64,000 nt of DNA from a virus. Below the pieces are notes generated by a model. That model saw only the letters and a program-made list of their open reading frames with translations, ran no database searches and had not been told where the DNA came from. This document shows positions 36,456-43,853 of this stretch, in pieces (position 1 is the first letter of the stretch; every line of letters begins with the position of its first letter). The translations under genes were made by a program, and so were the position numbers. The stretch covers positions 32,001 to 96,000 of IMG/VR virus record IMGVR_UViG_3300049259_000177, one strand, 5' to 3'.

Positions 36456-39400
36456 TTACTCGCTAGCCCTTGACGCGAGGAACGACTTGGTCTCCGCCGC
36501 CCGGCCGCGCAACGCCTCGATGTCGATGGTCTCGCCGTCGCCTGCACCCTTCGTGACGACCGCGCTCGGCGCGTCCGTTGGGGGCGTCGTCAACGCATCC
36601 GGGTTGGAGTCGCCCGAAGCGTCAATCGAGACACCGGCCGCCTTGAGTACCGCGACGAGATGCTCGACGGCCGCACGCAGCCGCTCCTCGTTCGCGCCGG
36701 ACAGCACGCGACCAGCCTTAACCTCGGCTGCGAAGTCGTTGGCGATCTGCACCGACAGCGCAACCTGCTCGATGCTCTTGAGCGCGCCGAGCACGAGGTA
36801 CTGCGGGCCCGGTGACGTTTCGTCCTCGCCGTCGTCCGGTTCGTAGTCGTCGTTCTCGTCGCCGGTGCTGGTCGAGAGCACCTCGGCGGTCACCTCGATG
36901 ACGACGGGCAGCGGTGGCCCGAGAGTGACCGAGCCGTCGCCGTTGACGTTGTAGGTCAACTCGTAGGTCTCGCTCTTGCCGTCGTTCGGTCCGCTGTACG
37001 CGCACCGGCGTGCGATGACGCGGTCGTCGTAGGTGCCGACAACCTCGACGTAGTTCCATTCGCGGCGCGGCGGCCCTGCGTCCTCGCCATCACCGGACGG
37101 GATCTCGTCGCCGCGCAGTTGGTCGTTGAGCGTCCGGCGTAGCGCGTCCTGAGTAGCCTCGAACGACCCGGCGAGGAATGGATACTGCTTCGCGTCGACC
37201 GCCATGTCCGCACCTACCGCCTTCGTCGAGGCGTACTCGCCGATCTCCGCCTCGGGCATCCATGTGTCGAGCACGTCACTCGACTGCGGATGCTCAATCG
37301 GCGCCGGTCCGGCCGCGCCGCGCTGGCGCAGTGCGGCGAACGCCTTGGCCTGCTCGCCGTCCATGTGCTTGCCTGCGATCTCGACGGCGCGGTCGTAGGC
37401 GCCGTCCTCGTTCCAGCGGATCAGCGCTGCGCCGCCGCCGCGTTCGTACCACTGCACGAGTTGCTTGGCGCGGCGCTGATCTTCGACAGGGAATGCCTTG
37501 AACTCCTCGATCGCGTCAAGGTCGTCCTTGGTGACGTTCCACTCCTCCGGCAGCATGTCGACGGCGTCGATGGCGCGCGCGCGGCGGACGATCCAGCGCT
37601 TTACCTTCGGCTTCTCCTCGTCCTTCGCGCGCCCATACGCCTGGATCGCGTTCTTGAGGTCGTCGCGGTTGCCGATCGGATAGGGCTCGCGGTTGTCGCC
37701 AGCAGACACCGGCATCGTCGGCTTGCGGTGACGGCTAGCGGCGGACATCTTCGCGGCGATCAGACCGCCGGTGCCTTCGAGGTCGGGGATCTCGATGGTT
37801 CCGGCTTCGGCCTCGGCGAGCAGGGCCTTACCGGCGTGCGACTCGGCCTTTTTCTTGTCCCACTCAGCAACGGCGGCACATGCGGCGGCCTGGGCTTCCT
37901 TGCTGACCTTGACCTTGCCGCCGAACGCGCGCCCGGTGGCGCACATCTTTTTGCACCAGTTGACGGCGGTGGCGACGGCGACCGACTCGGGGCGACCCTT
38001 GTCGATGAGGTGGTGCGCGACCCGGCGCATGAGCATCGGCAGGCCGCCGACTTTCTTCACCCAGTTGTTGCCCTCGCCCAGCGGCGCGCGGGTGGACGCC
38101 GTGCCGGTCGGGTCGAACTTGGCCTCGGTGAGCACGATTGCGACCCAGTCATCGACGTCGGCCAGGATCGGCACGCGCCACTCGTGGCTATCGAGTGCCT
38201 TGACCTCGTCGTCGTCGGCCCACTCCTCGACGCCGACCTCACCGAACGCCTCGGCAAGTGCTTCGGGGGTGATCGAGGGCGCCATCTCGGCCAGTTCCTT
38301 GCGGACGATCTCCGCGACGCGCAGTCCGGCGACGGCATCCTCAACCTCGTCGAGATCGAGACCCTTGAGACCCTCCTCATGCAAGAACCGCTCGAACGCG
38401 GCTTCGACGTCTTCGTGCTCGTCGGCCATCGCGGCGAGCCGTGACTTGACGGCAAGCGTCCCAGATAGCGGCGCCGCGCCGAACAGCACCGGGCTGTACT
38501 CGAACAGTTCGAGTTCCTTGATGTGGCGGATGCCTTCCTTGTCGCGCACGCCCTTGCCGTCGGGCACGTGGTAACCGATCGACCACTCACACTCGCCGGT
38601 CTCGGAGAAGAACTTGACGTTCTCGTACGCGTCGCGGCCCTCGCGACTCTTGAGGTTGAACCGCATGCGCACGTAGAGCGCGCCCGCCGCCTTCGGCCAC
38701 GGCTGGCCGTCCTTGGTCTGGTCCGGCAGCCGGGGGTCGCCCGGCATCCACTCTTCGACGGCCTCGGTGCGCGCTACCCAGCGCCCCCAGTCATGAGAGT
38801 TGCCGGTGAAGTAGACCGACCCGTTGCGCCGGGCCAGCCACGTACCGGACGGAGTGGTCGGGCACCAGACGACGCCGTCGTGCGTCGTGAACACGTCCTG
38901 TCGGGCGACACGCGGCGGCTTGCCCGTCCGCTTCGCCTCCGCGATTGCGGCCAGTGGCTCGCAGGTGTTCCGGCGCAGCATCGTGACCGTGTTGCACGGG
39001 TTGTCCGGGTAGTGGCGGTTGGTCGAGGTGCGACACGTGTTCGTCGGGATACCGGCAAGGGCGCACGCCATCTCGAAGGCGCGCAGGCCGTGCTCGCTGC
39101 GCTGCGCCCAGCGGGCCGTGCCGCTGGCCTCGACGTGGCCGTCCCCGTCCATGCAGGTGTCGATGAGCAGGTGGAGTTGTGCGGCGGTCAGGGAGCACAG
39201 GAACTCCGGCAACGGGGCATTGCCCTCGCCGAGCACGGCCGCCACGGCCTCCGTCGGTCCCTTGTTGAGCCGGAACTCCATGCCGCGACCGTTGTTGCAG
39301 CGGTGCTCGTGGAAGCCGCCGGGGAACGCGGCGGTCAGCGCGCGGCGGATCGAGGCGCACTTGAGCGGGTTGACCGCGATCGACTGCGCGATTGTCAGGC

Positions 39401-40061
39401 GCGGTGTCGATACCGCGTTGCTCTGCGGGCCGAGGTGTCCCTCGTTCCACGCCCAGGCGACGACCTCGACGAACGCGTCCGACCACTTCGCTTCAACCGG
39501 CGCTTCGGTATTGGCGAGGCTGCGGATGATCCCGTCGTCGGCGTCCAGTTCGCGGGTGGTCCGCCAGGTGATCGCGTAACCGCCATCCGCGCTTTTGACG
39601 CGACGGCGTACCGGCCAGCGGTGGTCGAGCGTGGTTAGCGAGGAGAACCCGCTCGTCTCGATCAGCCGGACCTCGCGCGGTTCGGCGTCGAACACATTGA
39701 CGGCCAGCACCGGCTCGAACCGGGCCGTGAGCGTCTCAGGGTTGAGGGCGTAGGCGCGATCGGCGGCGGTCACCTCGTCGTAGCGGAGCCATCCGCGCTC
39801 GGTGAGGATCTCGGTCGCCTCGTCGGCACAGAAGACGCCCTTGGGCTTGCGCTTCGCCAGCGTCGCCTTGTAGGCGCCTGGAATGATGATGTCGTTGACT
39901 TCGTCCTTGATGCCGGTGACCGACACGAGCGCCTCGACGACGCCCGTCGAGTCGTTAGCAGCAACGAGGTCGGTGGTTGTCGCGTGGCTGGACGCTTTCT
40001 TCTCAAGGCCGGGGGGCGTGGTCGCCTCAGGTGCGTCGAGCACGCTGGTCCCCTGTCCCAC
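36456..40061 (-). CDS. HK97-type prohead protease with intein and long C-terminal scaffold/accessory domains
   Basis: D...DII.PGAY, spliced GVF/SHDW, WSIGY, IKELELFEYSPV.FGA. Confidence 0.88.
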   Translation of the reverse strand: MGQGTSVLDAPEATTPPGLEKKASSHATTTDLVAANDSTGVVEALVSVTGIKDEVNDIIIPGAYKATLAKRKPKGVFCADEATEILTERGWLRYDEVTAADRAYALNPETLTARFEPVLAVNVFDAEPREVRLIETSGFSSLTTLDHRWPVRRRVKSADGGYAITWRTTRELDADDGIIRSLANTEAPVEAKWSDAFVEVVAWAWNEGHLGPQSNAVSTPRLTIAQSIAVNPLKCASIRRALTAAFPGGFHEHRCNNGRGMEFRLNKGPTEAVAAVLGEGNAPLPEFLCSLTAAQLHLLIDTCMDGDGHVEASGTARWAQRSEHGLRAFEMACALAGIPTNTCRTSTNRHYPDNPCNTVTMLRRNTCEPLAAIAEAKRTGKPPRVARQDVFTTHDGVVWCPTTPSGTWLARRNGSVYFTGNSHDWGRWVARTEAVEEWMPGDPRLPDQTKDGQPWPKAAGALYVRMRFNLKSREGRDAYENVKFFSETGECEWSIGYHVPDGKGVRDKEGIRHIKELELFEYSPVLFGAAPLSGTLAVKSRLAAMADEHEDVEAAFERFLHEEGLKGLDLDEVEDAVAGLRVAEIVRKELAEMAPSITPEALAEAFGEVGVEEWADDDEVKALDSHEWRVPILADVDDWVAIVLTEAKFDPTGTASTRAPLGEGNNWVKKVGGLPMLMRRVAHHLIDKGRPESVAVATAVNWCKKMCATGRAFGGKVKVSKEAQAAACAAVAEWDKKKAESHAGKALLAEAEAGTIEIPDLEGTGGLIAAKMSAASRHRKPTMPVSAGDNREPYPIGNRDDLKNAIQAYGRAKDEEKPKVKRWIVRRARAIDAVDMLPEEWNVTKDDLDAIEEFKAFPVEDQRRAKQLVQWYERGGGAALIRWNEDGAYDRAVEIAGKHMDGEQAKAFAALRQRGAAGPAPIEHPQSSDVLDTWMPEAEIGEYASTKAVGADMAVDAKQYPFLAGSFEATQDALRRTLNDQLRGDEIPSGDGEDAGPPRREWNYVEVVGTYDDRVIARRCAYSGPNDGKSETYELTYNVNGDGSVTLGPPLPVVIEVTAEVLSTSTGDENDDYEPDDGEDETSPGPQYLVLGALKSIEQVALSVQIANDFAAEVKAGRVLSGANEERLRAAVEHLVAVLKAAGVSIDASGDSNPDALTTPPTDAPSAVVTKGAGDGETIDIEALRGRAAETKSFLASRASE
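38799..39830 (-). mobile_element. Intein (344 aa) with LAGLIDADG endonuclease in the prohead protease
   Basis: Starts CADEATEILTERGW, block B TLDHRW, ends FTGN followed by +1 Ser; motifs VVAWAWNEG and LIDTCMDGDG. Confidence 0.9.
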
Positions 40062-40128
40062 GATGCCTCCCGAGTCGTCGACGGTCTCCCGCGCAGGCTA
40101 GAAGTGACAGGGGGTTAGTGTCGCGTTG

Positions 40129-41529
40129 TCACACCTTGGCGGCGCTGCGCAGACCGGCGATACGGGCCGCCACCTCGGCGGGGTCGAGGTAGACCTTGGT
40201 CTCGTCGGGCCGCCCGTCACCACTGGGCGGTTCGACGGCGGTGATGCGCTTGGTCTCCGGGTGCCCGGCTGGCAGCAGGTCGTCGTCGCGGCTGTAGCCG
40301 TCCGGCCGGTCACCGGCGGCTGTGGACAGGAACGCCTTGACGCGGGCCACGCCCCACTGCTCAGCACTCAGGCTCGTCACCGTGTCGCCGGGCCACGCCG
40401 ACACGCCGCGCTCGAAGACGCTCTTGATCGAGTCGCCGTCCGGACGGGCGTGCTCCGGCCAACCTTCGGTGTCGGCGCGGGCCTCGTGGTCGGATTGCAG
40501 GCCGACGAGCGCGGACACGTCGAGGTCTTTCTTGCTCGCCGGGCGGTTCGCCAGCGGTGCGATCGTGCTCGCCGAATTGGCCCGGGCCGCGATGCGCTTG
40601 CCCGTCGCCTTCCATGAGCCTCCCGACTCGGCGTAGACGACGACGCGGATGGCCGGGTTGTCGGCGCTGCCCTCGACATCGGAGTCGACGCCCGGCACCT
40701 TGCCGTTGGTGACGACGAGATCGACACGACCCTGCTGACTGCCGACCTTCACGTACGAGCCCCGGTGAATGCCGGGCGGCTTGCGCACCTTGGTGGCGCC
40801 GTCGAGCGGGTTGGCGGCCGGGGCGGTCGAGTCCGGCGGGATGACACTCGTCGGGTCCGACGCGTTCGCGGTGCGGTCCGGGTTCAGCGTCGGCGAGCCG
40901 ATCGGGACCTCGACGAACGTCGAGTCCTGCACGAGCGTGACGACGCCGAACGACGCCGCCACGGGTGCGATGCGCTGGACCGGCAGGTCGGCACCGGCCG
41001 ATAGCGTGCCGAGCGGGATCTTCGGCAGGTAGAGGTCCGACGGGACCATCGGTGTTACCGGGTTGCCGTCAGTCGGGGCGGTGACCTCCGGCGCGGCCTG
41101 GCCGGAGTTGACGCCGTCCATGATCGCAGCGCGTAGGGGCTCGATGTCGGGAGACTCGACGAGTGCGTAGAACTCATCGGAGTCACCGTCGGCAGAGGTC
41201 CGACCGAGCCCGTTGATCTGGCCGGTGATCGGCTGTCCGTTGGCGGCGGCATCCTTGACGGCGGTGAGCACCGCGATGAGGAATGTCGCCGAGTCCAGCG
41301 TGTTCGGCTTCGCAAGGAAGGCGAGGGTCAGGAACAGCGGCACGCCGTTCTCGCTGTCCTGCTGCGGGAGCGCCTGCGTGGCGTCGTCGGGCACCATGCA
41401 GACGATCGCGATGTCACCGACGCCTTCCGTGCCGCCGGACGCGGCATCTGCCGGTGCATTTGGGTCGGTGCCTGCGGGCGGTTGACTCGACGCGGGAGCC
41501 GGTGGCGCGGGTGGAACGGGCGTGGTCAC
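40129..41529 (-). CDS. Multidomain head-associated protein with degenerate 2H-phosphoesterase-like domain
   Basis: AGGAGG RBS; LFLTLAF and YLPKIPL at the positions expected for HxT motifs; C-terminal RGVSAW...QWGVARVKAFL domain. Confidence 0.55.
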   Translation of the reverse strand: MTTPVPPAPPAPASSQPPAGTDPNAPADAASGGTEGVGDIAIVCMVPDDATQALPQQDSENGVPLFLTLAFLAKPNTLDSATFLIAVLTAVKDAAANGQPITGQINGLGRTSADGDSDEFYALVESPDIEPLRAAIMDGVNSGQAAPEVTAPTDGNPVTPMVPSDLYLPKIPLGTLSAGADLPVQRIAPVAASFGVVTLVQDSTFVEVPIGSPTLNPDRTANASDPTSVIPPDSTAPAANPLDGATKVRKPPGIHRGSYVKVGSQQGRVDLVVTNGKVPGVDSDVEGSADNPAIRVVVYAESGGSWKATGKRIAARANSASTIAPLANRPASKKDLDVSALVGLQSDHEARADTEGWPEHARPDGDSIKSVFERGVSAWPGDTVTSLSAEQWGVARVKAFLSTAAGDRPDGYSRDDDLLPAGHPETKRITAVEPPSGDGRPDETKVYLDPAEVAARIAGLRSAAKV

Positions 41530-41623
41530 GTCGGTGCCTCCTGGCGTCGTCCGGGCGGGTCCAGACGACATGATGCCCGCCAGCGGCGCTTAGGTCGCGC
41601 CGGGCGGGCATCACGGGAAGATC

Positions 41624-42043
41624 TCAGCCGTACAGACGGGCCTCCTCGCGCTCCAAGTGGGCCCGCTCGGCCTCGGTGAGCGCCATGTAGGCGCGACGCT
41701 CGGCGGCGTGGCCCTCGCACTGGTACGCCTCGCGATCGGTGGCGAGCAGCCCGCAGCGGCCGTCACTGAGCCCGTCTTCCGTGCGGATCTCGATGAGATC
41801 GCCGCAGGTGACCGGGTAGGCGACGCCACCGGCGGCGTCATCGACTACATAGGCGGCCAGAACGCCCTCGACGAGACGTGTGCCGGGCAGTTCGAGTGCT
41901 GTGCGCATGTGGTCGCTACACACGCCTTGACGGTGGTCGCGGCCCGGAGCCTCGAACTCGCCGTACTCGTAGTCGGCCCACACGGTCGGCTGGCCGTAGG
42001 TGCGGACGAAGCCGCTGCGCTCTAGGGCGGTCATCTCGATCAT
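41624..42043 (-). CDS. Hypothetical protein
   Basis: Directly downstream of an island promoter cassette. Confidence 0.7.
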   Translation of the reverse strand: MIEMTALERSGFVRTYGQPTVWADYEYGEFEAPGRDHRQGVCSDHMRTALELPGTRLVEGVLAAYVVDDAAGGVAYPVTCGDLIEIRTEDGLSDGRCGLLATDREAYQCEGHAAERRAYMALTEAERAHLEREEARLYG

Positions 42044-42123
42044 GTCTGTTTCTCCTGTCGGTCTGGCCGGGTCGCTCTCCCGGCTCGCAAGCGAGCGTAC
42101 ACCCGCTTAGCGACGTGGCGCAA
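42044..42123 (-). promoter_or_regulatory. Island promoter cassette (TTGCGC-N18-TACGCT, operator, CCGGG-AGAGCGA-CCCGG hairpin, RBS)
   Basis: Repeat of the cassette. Confidence 0.8.
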
Positions 42124-42240
42124 CCGGATCGGGCGGTTGGCCTCCGCTCATTTCCCGATAGGACTGGATGGTGCGAAGGCCACGCTCGACCTCCTCGCGA
42201 GCCCGCCGACGCTTGCGAGCACGAAGCCAGCGACACGCCC

Positions 42241-42894
42241 TCACGTAAGCGACTCCCACTCAACGATCTCGTAGCGGCCAAAGCCCTGCGACCGGGAGGC
42301 GCCGACGCCTTGCTGCTCGCCGGTCAGCCAGAGCATGCCCCACCTGTCGCGGGTGAGTTCCTCGGAGTCGGTGACGACGGTGAACGACACCTTGGCGTCG
42401 GTGACGTACTCCTCGTACTGGATGCCGGTGCCGCGCCAGGTGTGCACGAAGCGCTGGTTGATGCCAGACGCCTCGACGACACCGAGCGGGATCGTGTCTT
42501 CGACGACGAACACGTGCTCGGCGAAGTAGGACAGCGTGCCCTTACGACTCGGCCCCCAGCGGTCCTTAGGCCACCGGACGTTCGCGGCTTCCTTGATCGC
42601 GGCCTTCACCTGACGACCTTCGATGTAGAGCCCGTCGGCGTTGCGCTTGAACCCGTTGAGGTGCTTGAGACTGTCGACCTCGGCGATCGCTTCCTCGGCG
42701 GGGATGCCGCGCTCGGCCATCGTCGTCGCGACCATCTCGCGGATCAGGTCGTCCTTGTCGGCCATCTTCGTGCGTAGCCAACCCTCGGCGACCTTCGGGT
42801 CAGTTGGCACGCCACCGGCGAGCGTCGCGACGAGCAACGTCGCCCGGAAGCGATGCGGGTAAGCCTGCTCGCGCAGGTCATCGAACAGGGACAT
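42241..42894 (-). CDS. Stand-alone RAMP superfamily (Cas7-like) protein, 217 aa
   Basis: AGGAG RBS 8 nt before ATG; N-terminal beta strand followed by LAGGVP, YIEGRQVKAAIKEA helix, C-terminal G-rich loop GVGASRSQGFGRYEIVEW. Confidence 0.8.
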   Translation of the reverse strand: MSLFDDLREQAYPHRFRATLLVATLAGGVPTDPKVAEGWLRTKMADKDDLIREMVATTMAERGIPAEEAIAEVDSLKHLNGFKRNADGLYIEGRQVKAAIKEAANVRWPKDRWGPSRKGTLSYFAEHVFVVEDTIPLGVVEASGINQRFVHTWRGTGIQYEEYVTDAKVSFTVVTDSEELTRDRWGMLWLTGEQQGVGASRSQGFGRYEIVEWESLT

Positions 42895-42914
42895 CGTGGC
42901 GGCTCCTGTGGCTA

Positions 42915-43230
42915 GTCGGATGGGATGGGGAGGGCGGCCGAGGCGTGGGTGGGGGAGTCGGGCCGAGGCGGGCTGGGGTCGGCGGGGCAGGGGTGGGTCG
43001 GGAAGTCGGGCTGGGGCTGGGGAGACACGGGAAGTCGGGCTGGGTGGGGTCGGGAAGACGTGCGGTGCAGCGGGCAGGCATGGGTGGTCGGAGCGGGAGA
43101 GGGACGGGCTGGCGAGGAACGGGTAGGCGCGGGCAGACCTGGGTGGTCGGACGCGGAGAGGGCCGAATAGGGCGGGGTCGGGAAGGCATGTCGGAGTGGG
43201 AAGGGCGGGGAAGCCTAGCCTTGGGAAGTC
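42915..43230 (-). ncRNA. Seven-unit pentamer-periodic array [GAC-NN-(BCC-NN)n-CC], putative guide RNA array
   Basis: Units of 38, 44, 59, 53, 29, 48 and 42 nt delimited by CCGAC; 50 of 51 internal triplets end in C, none contains A, 32 are CCC. The repeat is seen; the RNA function is inferred. Confidence 0.7.
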
Positions 43231-43759
43231 AGGCGGCCTTGCCGACGATGCTGCGGTACATCGCGTCGTACTCCTCCTCGGTAAACACCTCCTCGGTGCG
43301 TCGGTCTCCGACGCGCTTGGCGACTGCCTTGTGGAACGCCTCGCGCATCTTCGCGACCGCTGCCGTCTCGTGATAGCGGCTGGCGACGTACATGTGGTCC
43401 GCACCGGTCATGTCGCCGACGCGGCGCCTCGTTCCGCCGTCGTCGATGGCGTAGACGACAGCGAAGTGGCTGAGCGCAGCGAGGTCACCACTGCCGACCG
43501 CGTCCGCGAAGGCACGTGGCTGCCGCCGGGCGAGAGCGGTCGAGCGGTCGTGGCGTAGCGCCAGCGAGAGATCCGACGTCAGGTAGCGGGCGGCATTGTC
43601 GGTCAGCCACGCCGTCAGTACCTCCGGGTTGCTGGCGCGGAGATCTCGGATGGCCTAGTCAGCCACGACGGCAGGCACGAAGTCGCCATCCGGGCGGGCG
43701 GCGTCGATTGCTGCCTGGATCGCGGGTGGGAACATGCCGTCTCCGTTCGGGGCGTTCAT
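43229..43759 (-). pseudogene. Accessory gene (~176 codons) with one in-frame TAG at 43655-43657
   Basis: Frame is continuous from ATG 43759/43735 to TGA 43229 apart from a single TAG. Confidence 0.7.
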
Positions 43760-43853
43760 GCGACGACACTAAGCGCGTGTGCGCCACGCCTAGCGCTTCA
43801 CGTGCGGGCGTGTCGACCGGACAGGTGGTCGGGCACGCCCGCGCGTGATGGGC

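Noticed and set aside
42915-43230. Classical CRISPR array, or only a G-quadruplex/microsatellite
   Set aside because: There are no 23-47 bp identical repeats with spacers. The plus strand could form G4, but that does not explain the strict phase, diverse dinucleotides, CCGAC resets or adjacency to a RAMP gene.
42895-43404. Pro-rich N-terminal extension of the RAMP ORF (387-aa call)
   Set aside because: It is the translated C-rich array. A 5-nt period does not fit codon selection, a good RBS precedes ATG 42894, and the extension overlaps the accessory gene.
3738-43657. Genome-wide TAG recoding (in-frame TAG-ATG junctions at 3739 and 19797; internal TAG at 43655)
   Set aside because: TAG ends the major capsid gene just before a terminator and ends other genes normally; long genes have no internal TAGs.
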